A stretch of DNA of 12,591 nucleotides from Parcubacteria group bacterium (GTDB lineage: Bacteria; Patescibacteriota; Minisyncoccia; Moranbacterales; GCA-2747515): contig JBAZXC010000001.1 in NCBI GenBank assembly GCA_041660065.1, positions 456,535-469,125 of the forward strand, given 5' to 3'. Below are positions 6,078 to 12,591 of the stretch, one piece after another (position 1 is the first letter of the stretch; each line of letters begins with the position of its first letter). The position numbers and the translations under genes are program-made. Under the pieces are notes generated by a model that saw nothing but the letters and a program-made list of their open reading frames with translations, did not search any database and was not told the DNA's origin.

Positions 6078-7145
6078 TTATTTTTCTCGATCACTTAAAT
6101 ATGTCACTAAAGCTGAAAGAAAATTTCGTGCATCATCAGAAATATTCATTTTTGCAAGCGCGTTTTTTCCGTCTGCGATTAGCTCTTGCATATACTTCTC
6201 CACATCCGCCAACGCACCAGTTTCCTCCATAATATGTTGAAACCTTTTTACTCCTTTATCGTCGATTTTTTGATCACCCAACAGTGACATGATCTCTTTT
6301 TTTGTTTTTTTGTTCGCATTTTTTAGCGCTGTTTCAACAAGCAATGTTCTTTTGCCCTCTGCAATATCAGAGCCGACAGGCTTTCCTGTTTTTTTTGCAT
6401 CTCCATAAATCCCCAATATATCATCTCTGATTTGAAATGCTATGCCAACCGGTATGGAAAACTTCTCGATCTTTTTGCAGAAATCATCATCGGCGTCAGC
6501 AAGAATTGCACCAAGCTTCAAAGGACCATCAAATGTATACCGTGCCGTTTTATTTTCATACATACGCAAAATCGCTTGTCTTGTTACTTTATGACCATAC
6601 TCCATATATATATCCTGCACTTCTCCTACACATGTCAATCCGACGATCTCCTGCAATTTATTCAATGCACGTACGATTGTACGTGGCTCAAATTTTGATG
6701 AAAACAAAACCTGATTACCCAAAGAATACACAAAATCACCAGAAATGATTGCTATAGACTTTCCAAAATGTTCCGCATCACTTCCGCAAAAAAATCTTCT
6801 ATAATAATCACGATAGTGCGCATGGATCGTTTGCTTGCCATGTCGCAAATCATCCCGATCAATGATATCATCATGCATGAGAAGAAATGCGTGGATGAGT
6901 TCGATACTGATGGATGTTTTGATGATTTCCTTTCGATTCGTGCCGCCAGCCGCATGATAACCCCAATACATCATGATAGGACGAATGCGCTTTCCTCCCG
7001 CAAGCATCGTTTTTTTGAAATACTTTACCGCCGATGCCATAAAAACATCCGTCTTTTGCGCCTCCTTGATCACGGAATCAAGATATGTAACCATTTCCTG
7101 ATCGATCTCTTCTTTGAGAATGTGCATCTCGCTCTTGATATTCAT
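6078..7145 (-). CDS. trans-Polyprenyl diphosphate synthase (IspA/IspB/GGPPS family)
   Basis: GGKRIRP is present. The first aspartate-rich motif is LMHDDIIDRDDLRHGK and the second is FQIRDDILGIYGD. Chain-length specificity cannot be told from the sequence. Confidence 0.85.
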   Translation of the reverse strand: MNIKSEMHILKEEIDQEMVTYLDSVIKEAQKTDVFMASAVKYFKKTMLAGGKRIRPIMMYWGYHAAGGTNRKEIIKTSISIELIHAFLLMHDDIIDRDDLRHGKQTIHAHYRDYYRRFFCGSDAEHFGKSIAIISGDFVYSLGNQVLFSSKFEPRTIVRALNKLQEIVGLTCVGEVQDIYMEYGHKVTRQAILRMYENKTARYTFDGPLKLGAILADADDDFCKKIEKFSIPVGIAFQIRDDILGIYGDAKKTGKPVGSDIAEGKRTLLVETALKNANKKTKKEIMSLLGDQKIDDKGVKRFQHIMEETGALADVEKYMQELIADGKNALAKMNISDDARNFLSALVTYLSDREK

Positions 7146-7189
7146 AAAAATATTTAATATACATTGCGGAGTATTGTACTATATTTTGC

Positions 7190-7242
7190 AGAAAAAAGCT
7201 ATCACGGGCATAAAAGAGGTTTTTTATTTTTCTTTTGTGCCC
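7190..7242 (-). terminator. Hairpin GGGCAtAAAAGA-(13-nt loop)-TCTTTTgTGCCC overlapping the channel stop codon, followed on the minus strand by TTTTTT
   Basis: A 12-bp stem (7206-7217 pairing with 7231-7242) has one T·G wobble. The TAA stop (7226-7224) lies in the loop. The minus-strand sequence after the hairpin is GTGATAGCTTTTTTCTGC. Confidence 0.45.
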
Positions 7243-7964
7243 AACAACAACCTTTTAACACTGCCTCCTACAATACTAATAAGCAAACCAAATAATATCA
7301 ATCCGACAAATCTGGTCACGATCACAACAATTTCCCCGGCAACAGTTTGTGGCATAGTCTGTGACACACCACCAAGCAACACCTTACTGCTCCAGATCAT
7401 CGCATAGGGTATGTTGGAAAATTCCACACGACCACCCTCAAAAAACCAGATCATCGTCCCACTAAAAAGAATTGCCGTAATAAAAGTTGCAACATAGATT
7501 TGCACAGTGAGAGAAAAAAGAGCATCATGCCCGTGATCTTCAATATCATCATAGCCTTTGTGCATACGCACCAATTTTGCCAAACGTATCATACGCAAAA
7601 ACCGGAGAACACGCAAAAACCGCACGCTTTTCAAAAATGTAAGATTTGCCACTCCTAAAAACGATGGGACGATTGCAATCAGATCGATAATACCGAAAAA
7701 GCTCCGCATGTATTTTAATGGACGATCTGCCGCAATGAGCCTGCCGACATACTCTAGAAAAAAGAAAAAAACTGCACCAAATTCAATGAAAAGAAAAATA
7801 TCCGTGTAACCGGATAATCTCTGTACCGTTTCCAAAACGATCACAAAAACAGAAATGATAGTGAGAATTGCAAAAAAATCATTCACCAAAACAAATGAGC
7901 GTGCATTCACATCATTAAAGGCTTTATTACATATTTCTTTTATCGTACGTTTTTGCATGCTCAT
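7224..7964 (-). CDS. Voltage-sensor-containing 6TM cation channel (Ion_trans superfamily, Kv/NaChBac-like)
   Basis: Six predicted TM helices are present. The S4 helix is VRFLRVLRFLRMIRLAKLVRM, with Arg/Lys at every third position. The pore region IPYAMIWSSKVLLGGVSQTMPQT lacks a canonical TVGYG or TxExW selectivity filter. ATG is at 7964. Confidence 0.7.
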   Translation of the reverse strand: MSMQKRTIKEICNKAFNDVNARSFVLVNDFFAILTIISVFVIVLETVQRLSGYTDIFLFIEFGAVFFFFLEYVGRLIAADRPLKYMRSFFGIIDLIAIVPSFLGVANLTFLKSVRFLRVLRFLRMIRLAKLVRMHKGYDDIEDHGHDALFSLTVQIYVATFITAILFSGTMIWFFEGGRVEFSNIPYAMIWSSKVLLGGVSQTMPQTVAGEIVVIVTRFVGLILFGLLISIVGGSVKRLLLGTKEK

Positions 7965-8001
7965 TGATAAGAATTGTCTTTAAAAATACACCTCATCATC
8001 T

Positions 8002-8031
8002 ATTATACTCCGTTCTCTATGTTTTTTGCAA
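8002..8031 (-). promoter_or_regulatory. Minus-strand promoter TTGCAA-N18-TATAAT for the ion channel gene
   Basis: The reverse complement of 8002-8007 is TATAAT and of 8026-8031 is TTGCAA, with an 18-nt spacer. It lies in the 88-bp gap between the helicase stop (8053) and the channel ATG (7964), leaving a leader of about 30 nt. Confidence 0.5.
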
Positions 8032-8052
8032 AAAGAAAACCAGCTGAATCCA

Positions 8053-11052
8053 TTATTCTTTCGCACATGTCAACACATTCAATAATGTTATATATTCTTC
8101 TACTATATGATCACCATATTTATGATCAATTTCCCGCTTCAAAAAATTCCCCGAAAGAATATCCTGCGCAAAGTTATTGATCTCTTTTTTGATCTGTACA
8201 ACATCTTCCACAGAAACGAGGATCTTCTCTCGTTCATACGCATGCGTTTGCGGATGTGGTTCAATAAAATCTAGCAAACCGGCTGTCATGTTATACTGTC
8301 CATCATGATAGCGATCCAACAATAGTTTATAAAAAACAACCTGTCTCTTGAGAGCAATGCGTTCCTCTTTTTTCTTTTTGCTCCATGGTTTTCCGGATTT
8401 ATAGTCAACCACGACAACTGTTCCATCCGGCAAAAGTTCCATCTTATCAACCACGCCGGTAAGAAGAATTTCATTGCCATCGTCCAATGTAAACGGTATA
8501 CCTGTGATCTTTTTTTCCAATTCTACATTGATTGTGAACTCCTGCGCATATTTTTTGTAATATCCACGCAATGCTTCTACACTACTCTTTTTTATCGCTG
8601 CACTATATTCACGTGGCACACGCATGACATTGATCATGCGTTCAAACTGCGCGATTAACTCATCTTCTGAGAGAATTGCTCCGCGAGATTTTGATAAAAC
8701 AAAAAATTTTTCCAATGCGGCATGCATGATCGATCCCTTGATCATCGTTTTACTTTGCACACTTGGCAATCGCACGAGATTACGAAAAAAGTACTTGAGC
8801 GGAGAATCATAATAATTATTGAGAGCCGTTGCGGATAACGGCGTTTGCAAAAATTTATCCCTGATGAATTCCACTGATACCAATGAGAGCGCTTGACTCA
8901 TGCGTGGCAGAAAAAAAATATCATATTGAGCACTCATTGGTGTTTCCATGTCGATCAGATCAGCAGAAAGATCAGAAATAAAAAGTGATGGTGATTTTTC
9001 ACGACCGGCATGATCGTGTTGTGCATACGTAATTGTCAACGACTTTTTGGCTCGCGTAATTGCCACATAGAACAATCGCCTCTCATCCTCCATGTCGCCT
9101 TCACATGTATCGATCGGTAATTGAAAACGTTCCTTTTTCTTTTTTCCGCCCCACAATCCATGCACGACGTTTGTGATATACACATGCTCGAATTCCAATC
9201 CCTTTGATCCATGTGCTGTCATCAACTGTACGCCACGACCATGAGCATTTCGCACAACATCCATCGAAAGACCATACTTCTCGAATGTATCCAAGTAGAT
9301 GATCAGATCATGTAAAGCAAAACCCTCTCTTTGCATTACGCATTCTTTTAACTCGTCAAACAATCTACCGAGTTTTTCCAGGGTGGATATATGATCTTTT
9401 CGCGAAAGAATCAATGGCAAAAATCCGGATTCCCGTATGAGATTTTCAAAAAATTCCACGAGAAACATCTCTTGCGAAAGTTCTTTTTGTTTTTTGATAA
9501 ATGCGTGCAACGCCAAAACAGATGCTTTCTTTGCATTTTCTTTTGCTAAAAAAAAAGTGTACAAACCTTGCATGCTTGGTGCATGTCGATATGCGTCAAG
9601 CAATGTGATCGCATCATCAATATCAACGCGGGAAAGATCCGACAGCAGCAGTGCGGCGAGATTTTGATCATTTAGCGGATCATCAATCACCGTGAGAAGT
9701 GTGATCAATTTTTTAATATCATTGTCTTGCAGTGCATTTTGTCTAGTGATGAGGTCAAAAGGGATATTCAGTTTTTCAAAGACCTCTTTGATATATATTA
9801 CATTGTGATGTTCTCTATAAAAAACGGCAATATTGGAAGCCTCGACACCACGCTCCAATTTACTTTTGATATCTTCTGCGATAGAAATAAGTTCATCCTT
9901 ATATGTCTTAAAACGAATGACGCGAATGTGCGCATCCTCTTTTTTTATCGCGGTCAACTCTTTGTGATTTTTATCACTATCGCCACTGCTAATGAGCGTA
10001 TGAGCTTCATCCAAAATGCCCTGTGCACTGCGATAATTATCTTCCAATTTGATCACGATCGCCTTTGGATATTTTTTTTCAAACCGCAAAAAATTCTCCA
10101 CGCTCGCCCCCTGAAAACGATAGATCGCCTGTTTGTCATCACCAACCGTAAAAAGATTTGGACTGTCCCCAATATACAGCTGATCGGTCAATGCTTCAAT
10201 GATACGATTTTGCCCATCATTTGTGTCCTGATGTTCATCCACCAATATATAGTGATATTGTTCCCGCAAAATCGATGCAAATTCTTCATTTTTTTCCGCA
10301 ACAATAATAAATTGCATGATCATATCAGCAAAATCATAAAGACCCTCTTCTTGCAAATATTGCTGATATGCGCGATATATTTTTTCTAATTCTCTATTTT
10401 TTTCAACCGGATGCAATACACCGATCTTTAAATCACCTTTTCTATTGTTCTTTGTCGCACGTTTGAAATATGATTCTGGATCCGCCAGAATGGCTTTTTC
10501 CTGCAAATCAATACGCACGAGAAAATCATCCGGTGAGACACCCTCTCGTTTTAACTGATCAATCGCCCACAAAATGTCCTTGGTATAATGATGATCACTG
10601 GCAAATGTGGTCAGTACCGCAAAATCATTTTCTGAAAGAATTTTTTCCACAATATGGATCCTCTCAATTTCTGACGCAACATGTGCATATGCAATTGCCG
10701 GAAAATAATCTGCAAAACGCGCAATATGATCTTCACAAAAACTATGAAACGTACAAATATTCACCCGATAGGCATCTTCCGCACCGATAAACATTGCCAA
10801 ACGCGCACGCATTGCCATAACACCAGCGTTTGTAAATGTCAGTGCCAAAATATTTTCCGGTTCAATCCCAGCTCCAGAACTGCGAAGAATATTGGCAATA
10901 CGCAACGTTAATATCTGCGTTTTGCCCGTCCCCGGTCCGGCAATGACAATTACAGGTCCTTCAATCGTATCAACAGCTTTTTTTTGTTGTACATTGAGAA
11001 GCTCATATTGCTCATTAAATGCATGAACAAAATCATTCTTATTTTTCTTCAT
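8053..11052 (-). CDS. UvrD/PcrA-family SF1 helicase fused to a C-terminal PD-(D/E)XK (RecB-like) nuclease domain, AddA-like
   Basis: Walker A is AGPGTGKT and motif Ia is TFTNAG. The DExx motif is ILVDEHQD, followed by LFTVGDDKQAIYRFQGA. Motifs V/VI are LMTAHGSKGLEFEHVYI and YVAITRAKKSL. The C-terminal nuclease domain carries GVVDKMELLPDGTVVVVDYKSGKP and the QxxxY motif QVVFYKLLL. Total length is 999 aa. Confidence 0.85.
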   Translation of the reverse strand: MKKNKNDFVHAFNEQYELLNVQQKKAVDTIEGPVIVIAGPGTGKTQILTLRIANILRSSGAGIEPENILALTFTNAGVMAMRARLAMFIGAEDAYRVNICTFHSFCEDHIARFADYFPAIAYAHVASEIERIHIVEKILSENDFAVLTTFASDHHYTKDILWAIDQLKREGVSPDDFLVRIDLQEKAILADPESYFKRATKNNRKGDLKIGVLHPVEKNRELEKIYRAYQQYLQEEGLYDFADMIMQFIIVAEKNEEFASILREQYHYILVDEHQDTNDGQNRIIEALTDQLYIGDSPNLFTVGDDKQAIYRFQGASVENFLRFEKKYPKAIVIKLEDNYRSAQGILDEAHTLISSGDSDKNHKELTAIKKEDAHIRVIRFKTYKDELISIAEDIKSKLERGVEASNIAVFYREHHNVIYIKEVFEKLNIPFDLITRQNALQDNDIKKLITLLTVIDDPLNDQNLAALLLSDLSRVDIDDAITLLDAYRHAPSMQGLYTFFLAKENAKKASVLALHAFIKKQKELSQEMFLVEFFENLIRESGFLPLILSRKDHISTLEKLGRLFDELKECVMQREGFALHDLIIYLDTFEKYGLSMDVVRNAHGRGVQLMTAHGSKGLEFEHVYITNVVHGLWGGKKKKERFQLPIDTCEGDMEDERRLFYVAITRAKKSLTITYAQHDHAGREKSPSLFISDLSADLIDMETPMSAQYDIFFLPRMSQALSLVSVEFIRDKFLQTPLSATALNNYYDSPLKYFFRNLVRLPSVQSKTMIKGSIMHAALEKFFVLSKSRGAILSEDELIAQFERMINVMRVPREYSAAIKKSSVEALRGYYKKYAQEFTINVELEKKITGIPFTLDDGNEILLTGVVDKMELLPDGTVVVVDYKSGKPWSKKKKEERIALKRQVVFYKLLLDRYHDGQYNMTAGLLDFIEPHPQTHAYEREKILVSVEDVVQIKKEINNFAQDILSGNFLKREIDHKYGDHIVEEYITLLNVLTCAKE

Positions 11053-11281
11053 ATTCCGCTTCTTTTATTTCATTCACTTTTGTCACATTTCGCTTGAACA
11101 AATGTCCGAGATCAATACCAAAATATGCCAATGAGGATAAAAGAAGCGTTGTGGCTGTTACCTCATCCACATTACCTATCAACGGAATATTATCAGGTAA
11201 TATTTCAAAAAGGCCTGCAGTCGGATTGATCAAATACAGAAAAGCCAATACACCAATAATGCCAACGATGATCGATTTCAT
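11039..11281 (-). CDS. DUF1232/YkvA-like small membrane protein
   Basis: A TM helix is followed by PDNIPLIGNVDE, matching the DUF1232 D-x-IP-x-IG-x-x-D(D/E) signature. Its 3' end overlaps the helicase start by 14 nt, which suggests translational coupling. Confidence 0.6.
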   Translation of the reverse strand: MKSIIVGIIGVLAFLYLINPTAGLFEILPDNIPLIGNVDEVTATTLLLSSLAYFGIDLGHLFKRNVTKVNEIKEAEYEEK

Positions 11282-11291
11282 AAAAACAATG

Positions 11292-11297
11292 ATTATA
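11292..11297 (-). promoter_or_regulatory. -10 hexamer TATAAT 10 nt upstream of the DUF1232 ATG (a leaderless-type arrangement)
   Basis: The reverse complement of 11292-11297 is TATAAT, followed by cattgttttt and then ATG. No convincing -35 was found. Confidence 0.35.
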
Positions 11298-11320
11298 CTC
11301 TTATGCTAATCATCATACCG

Positions 11321-11354
11321 CATAACACAAAAAATCAAAAGCAATCGCTTTTTT
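11321..11354 (-). terminator. Weak intrinsic terminator for the membrane protein gene: AAAAGC-aatc-GCTTTT, then GATTTTTTG on the minus strand
   Basis: A 6-bp stem (11337-11342 pairing with 11347-11352) has a 4-nt loop. The minus strand has a T6 run immediately after it. Confidence 0.4.
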
Positions 11355-11382
11355 GAATAATGCAAGTACATATACTAAACAC

Positions 11383-12414
11383 TTACAAAGCGATCATCTC
11401 AGCATCTCGTTGTGATTTTACAATATTGATAAATTTAAATTCTCGTAACAACATAAAGCCAAAACGTGAAAAAATGACCGCAAAAAACTTTCCGATAGTA
11501 GCTAAAGATAAAACAATGAGAAAGAAGATTGCCGTAAAAAATTCTGCCCGATGATCAAAAAGAAAATCATTTGACATGATCAAATGCTGTAATTGCATAG
11601 AGATCAGTTCCGATATTACACAGGAGGCCAATTCATCACCGCGAACTTCCCGTCCAATTTTTTCTGATATACCGCTTTTAATATCTTCTATTGCTTGTGC
11701 CTCTATATTGTTCTGCACCTTTTCGATCGCGATACCCATGCTACCGGCCCACCGTACGATCATACCTTGATCCTCTACTGAAACCCCTGCATTTTTATTT
11801 TCTTTGGTATATACATCACGAATTATGAGCAGGAGAAAATTATCTACCGTCATTGTATCAAGCGTGATATTTTCGACATTACTTTTTTTGATGACCATAT
11901 CAGTAAGCACATTAATGATCTTTATGTGCTCATTTGCATCAAAAACATAGTTTTCATTGCCTTTCAACAAAAAATAATATTGACTTGTCACGACACAGAC
12001 CATCGCAAATCCAACATAAAAGATCCCGCTCCGCACGATCGTCTTCATGTCAATCATCAAAAGGTTAAAAAGCGTATATCGCATTGTGAGCAATCCATAC
12101 ATGGCAACAAAAACCATTACGATCACAACCACAATGTGCCCCAATGTCGGTGTAAAGATTATGCTTGGCAAGAAAGCGATGAAAACGATCGGTGAAATTA
12201 ATTTTTTAACCCCAACCGTTACAGCAAAAATGGACAATAATGCAGCAAAGATCGTTGCGCTAAAAAATGGCACGAGCCATGCGCTTTGAGATTCTCCATT
12301 CATCGCGCGCGTCACGATCAGAAAGAAAATCGCTCCACAGGCCGTGATCAAAACAGCAAATACCATATCGATCGTGCGTATTTTTTTTGGATTCATTCCT
12401 TCTGCCGCACCCAT
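11383..12414 (-). CDS. Multi-pass membrane protein of unknown function (about 5 N-terminal TM helices, a ~140-aa soluble domain, and a C-terminal TM)
   Basis: The hydrophobic segments are clear, for example IDMVFAVLITACGAIFFLIV and FFTAIFFLIVLSLATIGKFFAVIF. No family was recognised. Start is at ATG 12414, or at 12396. Confidence 0.55.
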   Translation of the reverse strand: MGAAEGMNPKKIRTIDMVFAVLITACGAIFFLIVTRAMNGESQSAWLVPFFSATIFAALLSIFAVTVGVKKLISPIVFIAFLPSIIFTPTLGHIVVVIVMVFVAMYGLLTMRYTLFNLLMIDMKTIVRSGIFYVGFAMVCVVTSQYYFLLKGNENYVFDANEHIKIINVLTDMVIKKSNVENITLDTMTVDNFLLLIIRDVYTKENKNAGVSVEDQGMIVRWAGSMGIAIEKVQNNIEAQAIEDIKSGISEKIGREVRGDELASCVISELISMQLQHLIMSNDFLFDHRAEFFTAIFFLIVLSLATIGKFFAVIFSRFGFMLLREFKFINIVKSQRDAEMIAL

Positions 12415-12451
12415 AATTTTTTATTTTCTAAGTCTTTTTTTAATTTTTTTC

Positions 12452-12521
12452 CCCTGTACCAGTGCGGTACAGGGCACAGCCCTGTTGCCGAATGGTACGG
12501 GGCACAACCCTCTTCCCAAAT
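12452..12521. repeat. GC-rich structured element: a perfect 9-bp palindrome, an overlapping 6-bp palindrome, and two tandem 28-bp imperfect repeats
   Basis: CCCTGTACC (12452-12460), loop AGTGC, GGTACAGGG (12466-12474) form one palindrome. CAGGGC (12470-12475), loop ACA, GCCCTG (12479-12484) form a second that overlaps the first. Unit 1 (12466-12493) and unit 2 (12494-12521) match at 23 of 28 positions. A polypyrimidine tract follows at 12548-12576. Confidence 0.5.
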
Positions 12522-12591
12522 TAGCACAAGACAAGCCATTCTATAATTCCTACTCCCACTCCCCAACTCCTACCCCCTAATTGTAATACCC

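Noticed and set aside
8022-8034. TTTTTGCAAAAA palindrome as a terminator for the helicase gene
   Set aside because: It is an AT-only 5-6 bp stem that overlaps the channel promoter's -35. It is too weak to be a terminator and more likely part of the promoter.
9727-10389. 220-aa plus-strand ORF, and other plus-strand ORFs (193..663, 6768..7157, 10470..10790 and so on)
   Set aside because: These are antisense shadows inside well-supported minus-strand genes, with F/I/L-rich low-complexity translations and no recognisable domains.
12415-12539. Possible 48-aa uORF (MACLVLIWEEGCAPYHSATGLCPVPHWYRGKKLKKDLENKKLWVRQKE) on the minus strand upstream of and overlapping the membrane protein start
   Set aside because: It is encoded entirely by the palindromic and tandem-repeat GC-rich element and has no SD or promoter context. 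It is more likely an artefact of reading the RNA structure, though a regulatory uORF cannot be excluded.
12440-12591. tRNA, tmRNA or riboswitch identity for the GC-rich 3' element; a G-quadruplex on the minus strand
   Set aside because: There is no GTTCRANYC T-loop or acceptor/CCA arrangement. I could not match known riboswitch consensus sequences (GEMM, ykkC, fluoride) from memory. The G-tracts are mostly 2-3 G with long loops, so any G4 would be weak. Its unknown status is kept as a finding.
1-12591. CRISPR arrays, IS elements, transposase or integrase genes, and rRNA or tRNA genes
   Set aside because: There are no regularly spaced perfect direct repeats, no terminal inverted repeats flanking an ORF, and no transposase-, integrase- or RNA-gene-like sequences anywhere in the window.

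Overview
The window is AT-rich (roughly 38-40% GC by eye), compact, and almost entirely coding on the minus strand. It looks like a low-GC bacterium with tight or overlapping gene junctions, TTG/GTG alternative starts and generally no Shine-Dalgarno (SD) sequences; a Patescibacteria/CPR-like genome is possible but this is only an impression. Gene order, left to right, is as follows. A MutY-like adenine glycosylase and a secreted SNase-type thermonuclease lie on the minus strand with overlapping ends. A 56-aa plus-strand ORF with a strong GGGGG SD and a clean intrinsic terminator sits between them and the next gene. A membrane-anchored C39-like cysteine peptidase follows on the minus strand. 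A divergently transcribed plus-strand DEDDy 3'-5' exonuclease comes next. Then a long minus-strand run encodes MltG/YceG (split by an apparent 1-nt homopolymer frameshift), Pcm, YjbQ, UppS and a trans-polyprenyl synthase. Next is a stand-alone 6TM voltage-sensor ion channel with its own promoter and terminator, then a ~1000-aa UvrD-like helicase fused to a C-terminal PD-(D/E)XK nuclease preceded by an overlapping DUF1232 membrane gene, then a 343-aa multi-pass membrane protein. The most notable non-genic features are a GC-rich structured element with tandem 28-bp repeats and overlapping palindromes at the right edge, and a triple-copy hairpin motif at the left edge. Several genes have -10-like hexamers 10-12 nt before the ATG, which suggests leaderless transcripts. 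No CRISPR array, tRNA or rRNA genes, or obvious mobile elements were seen.
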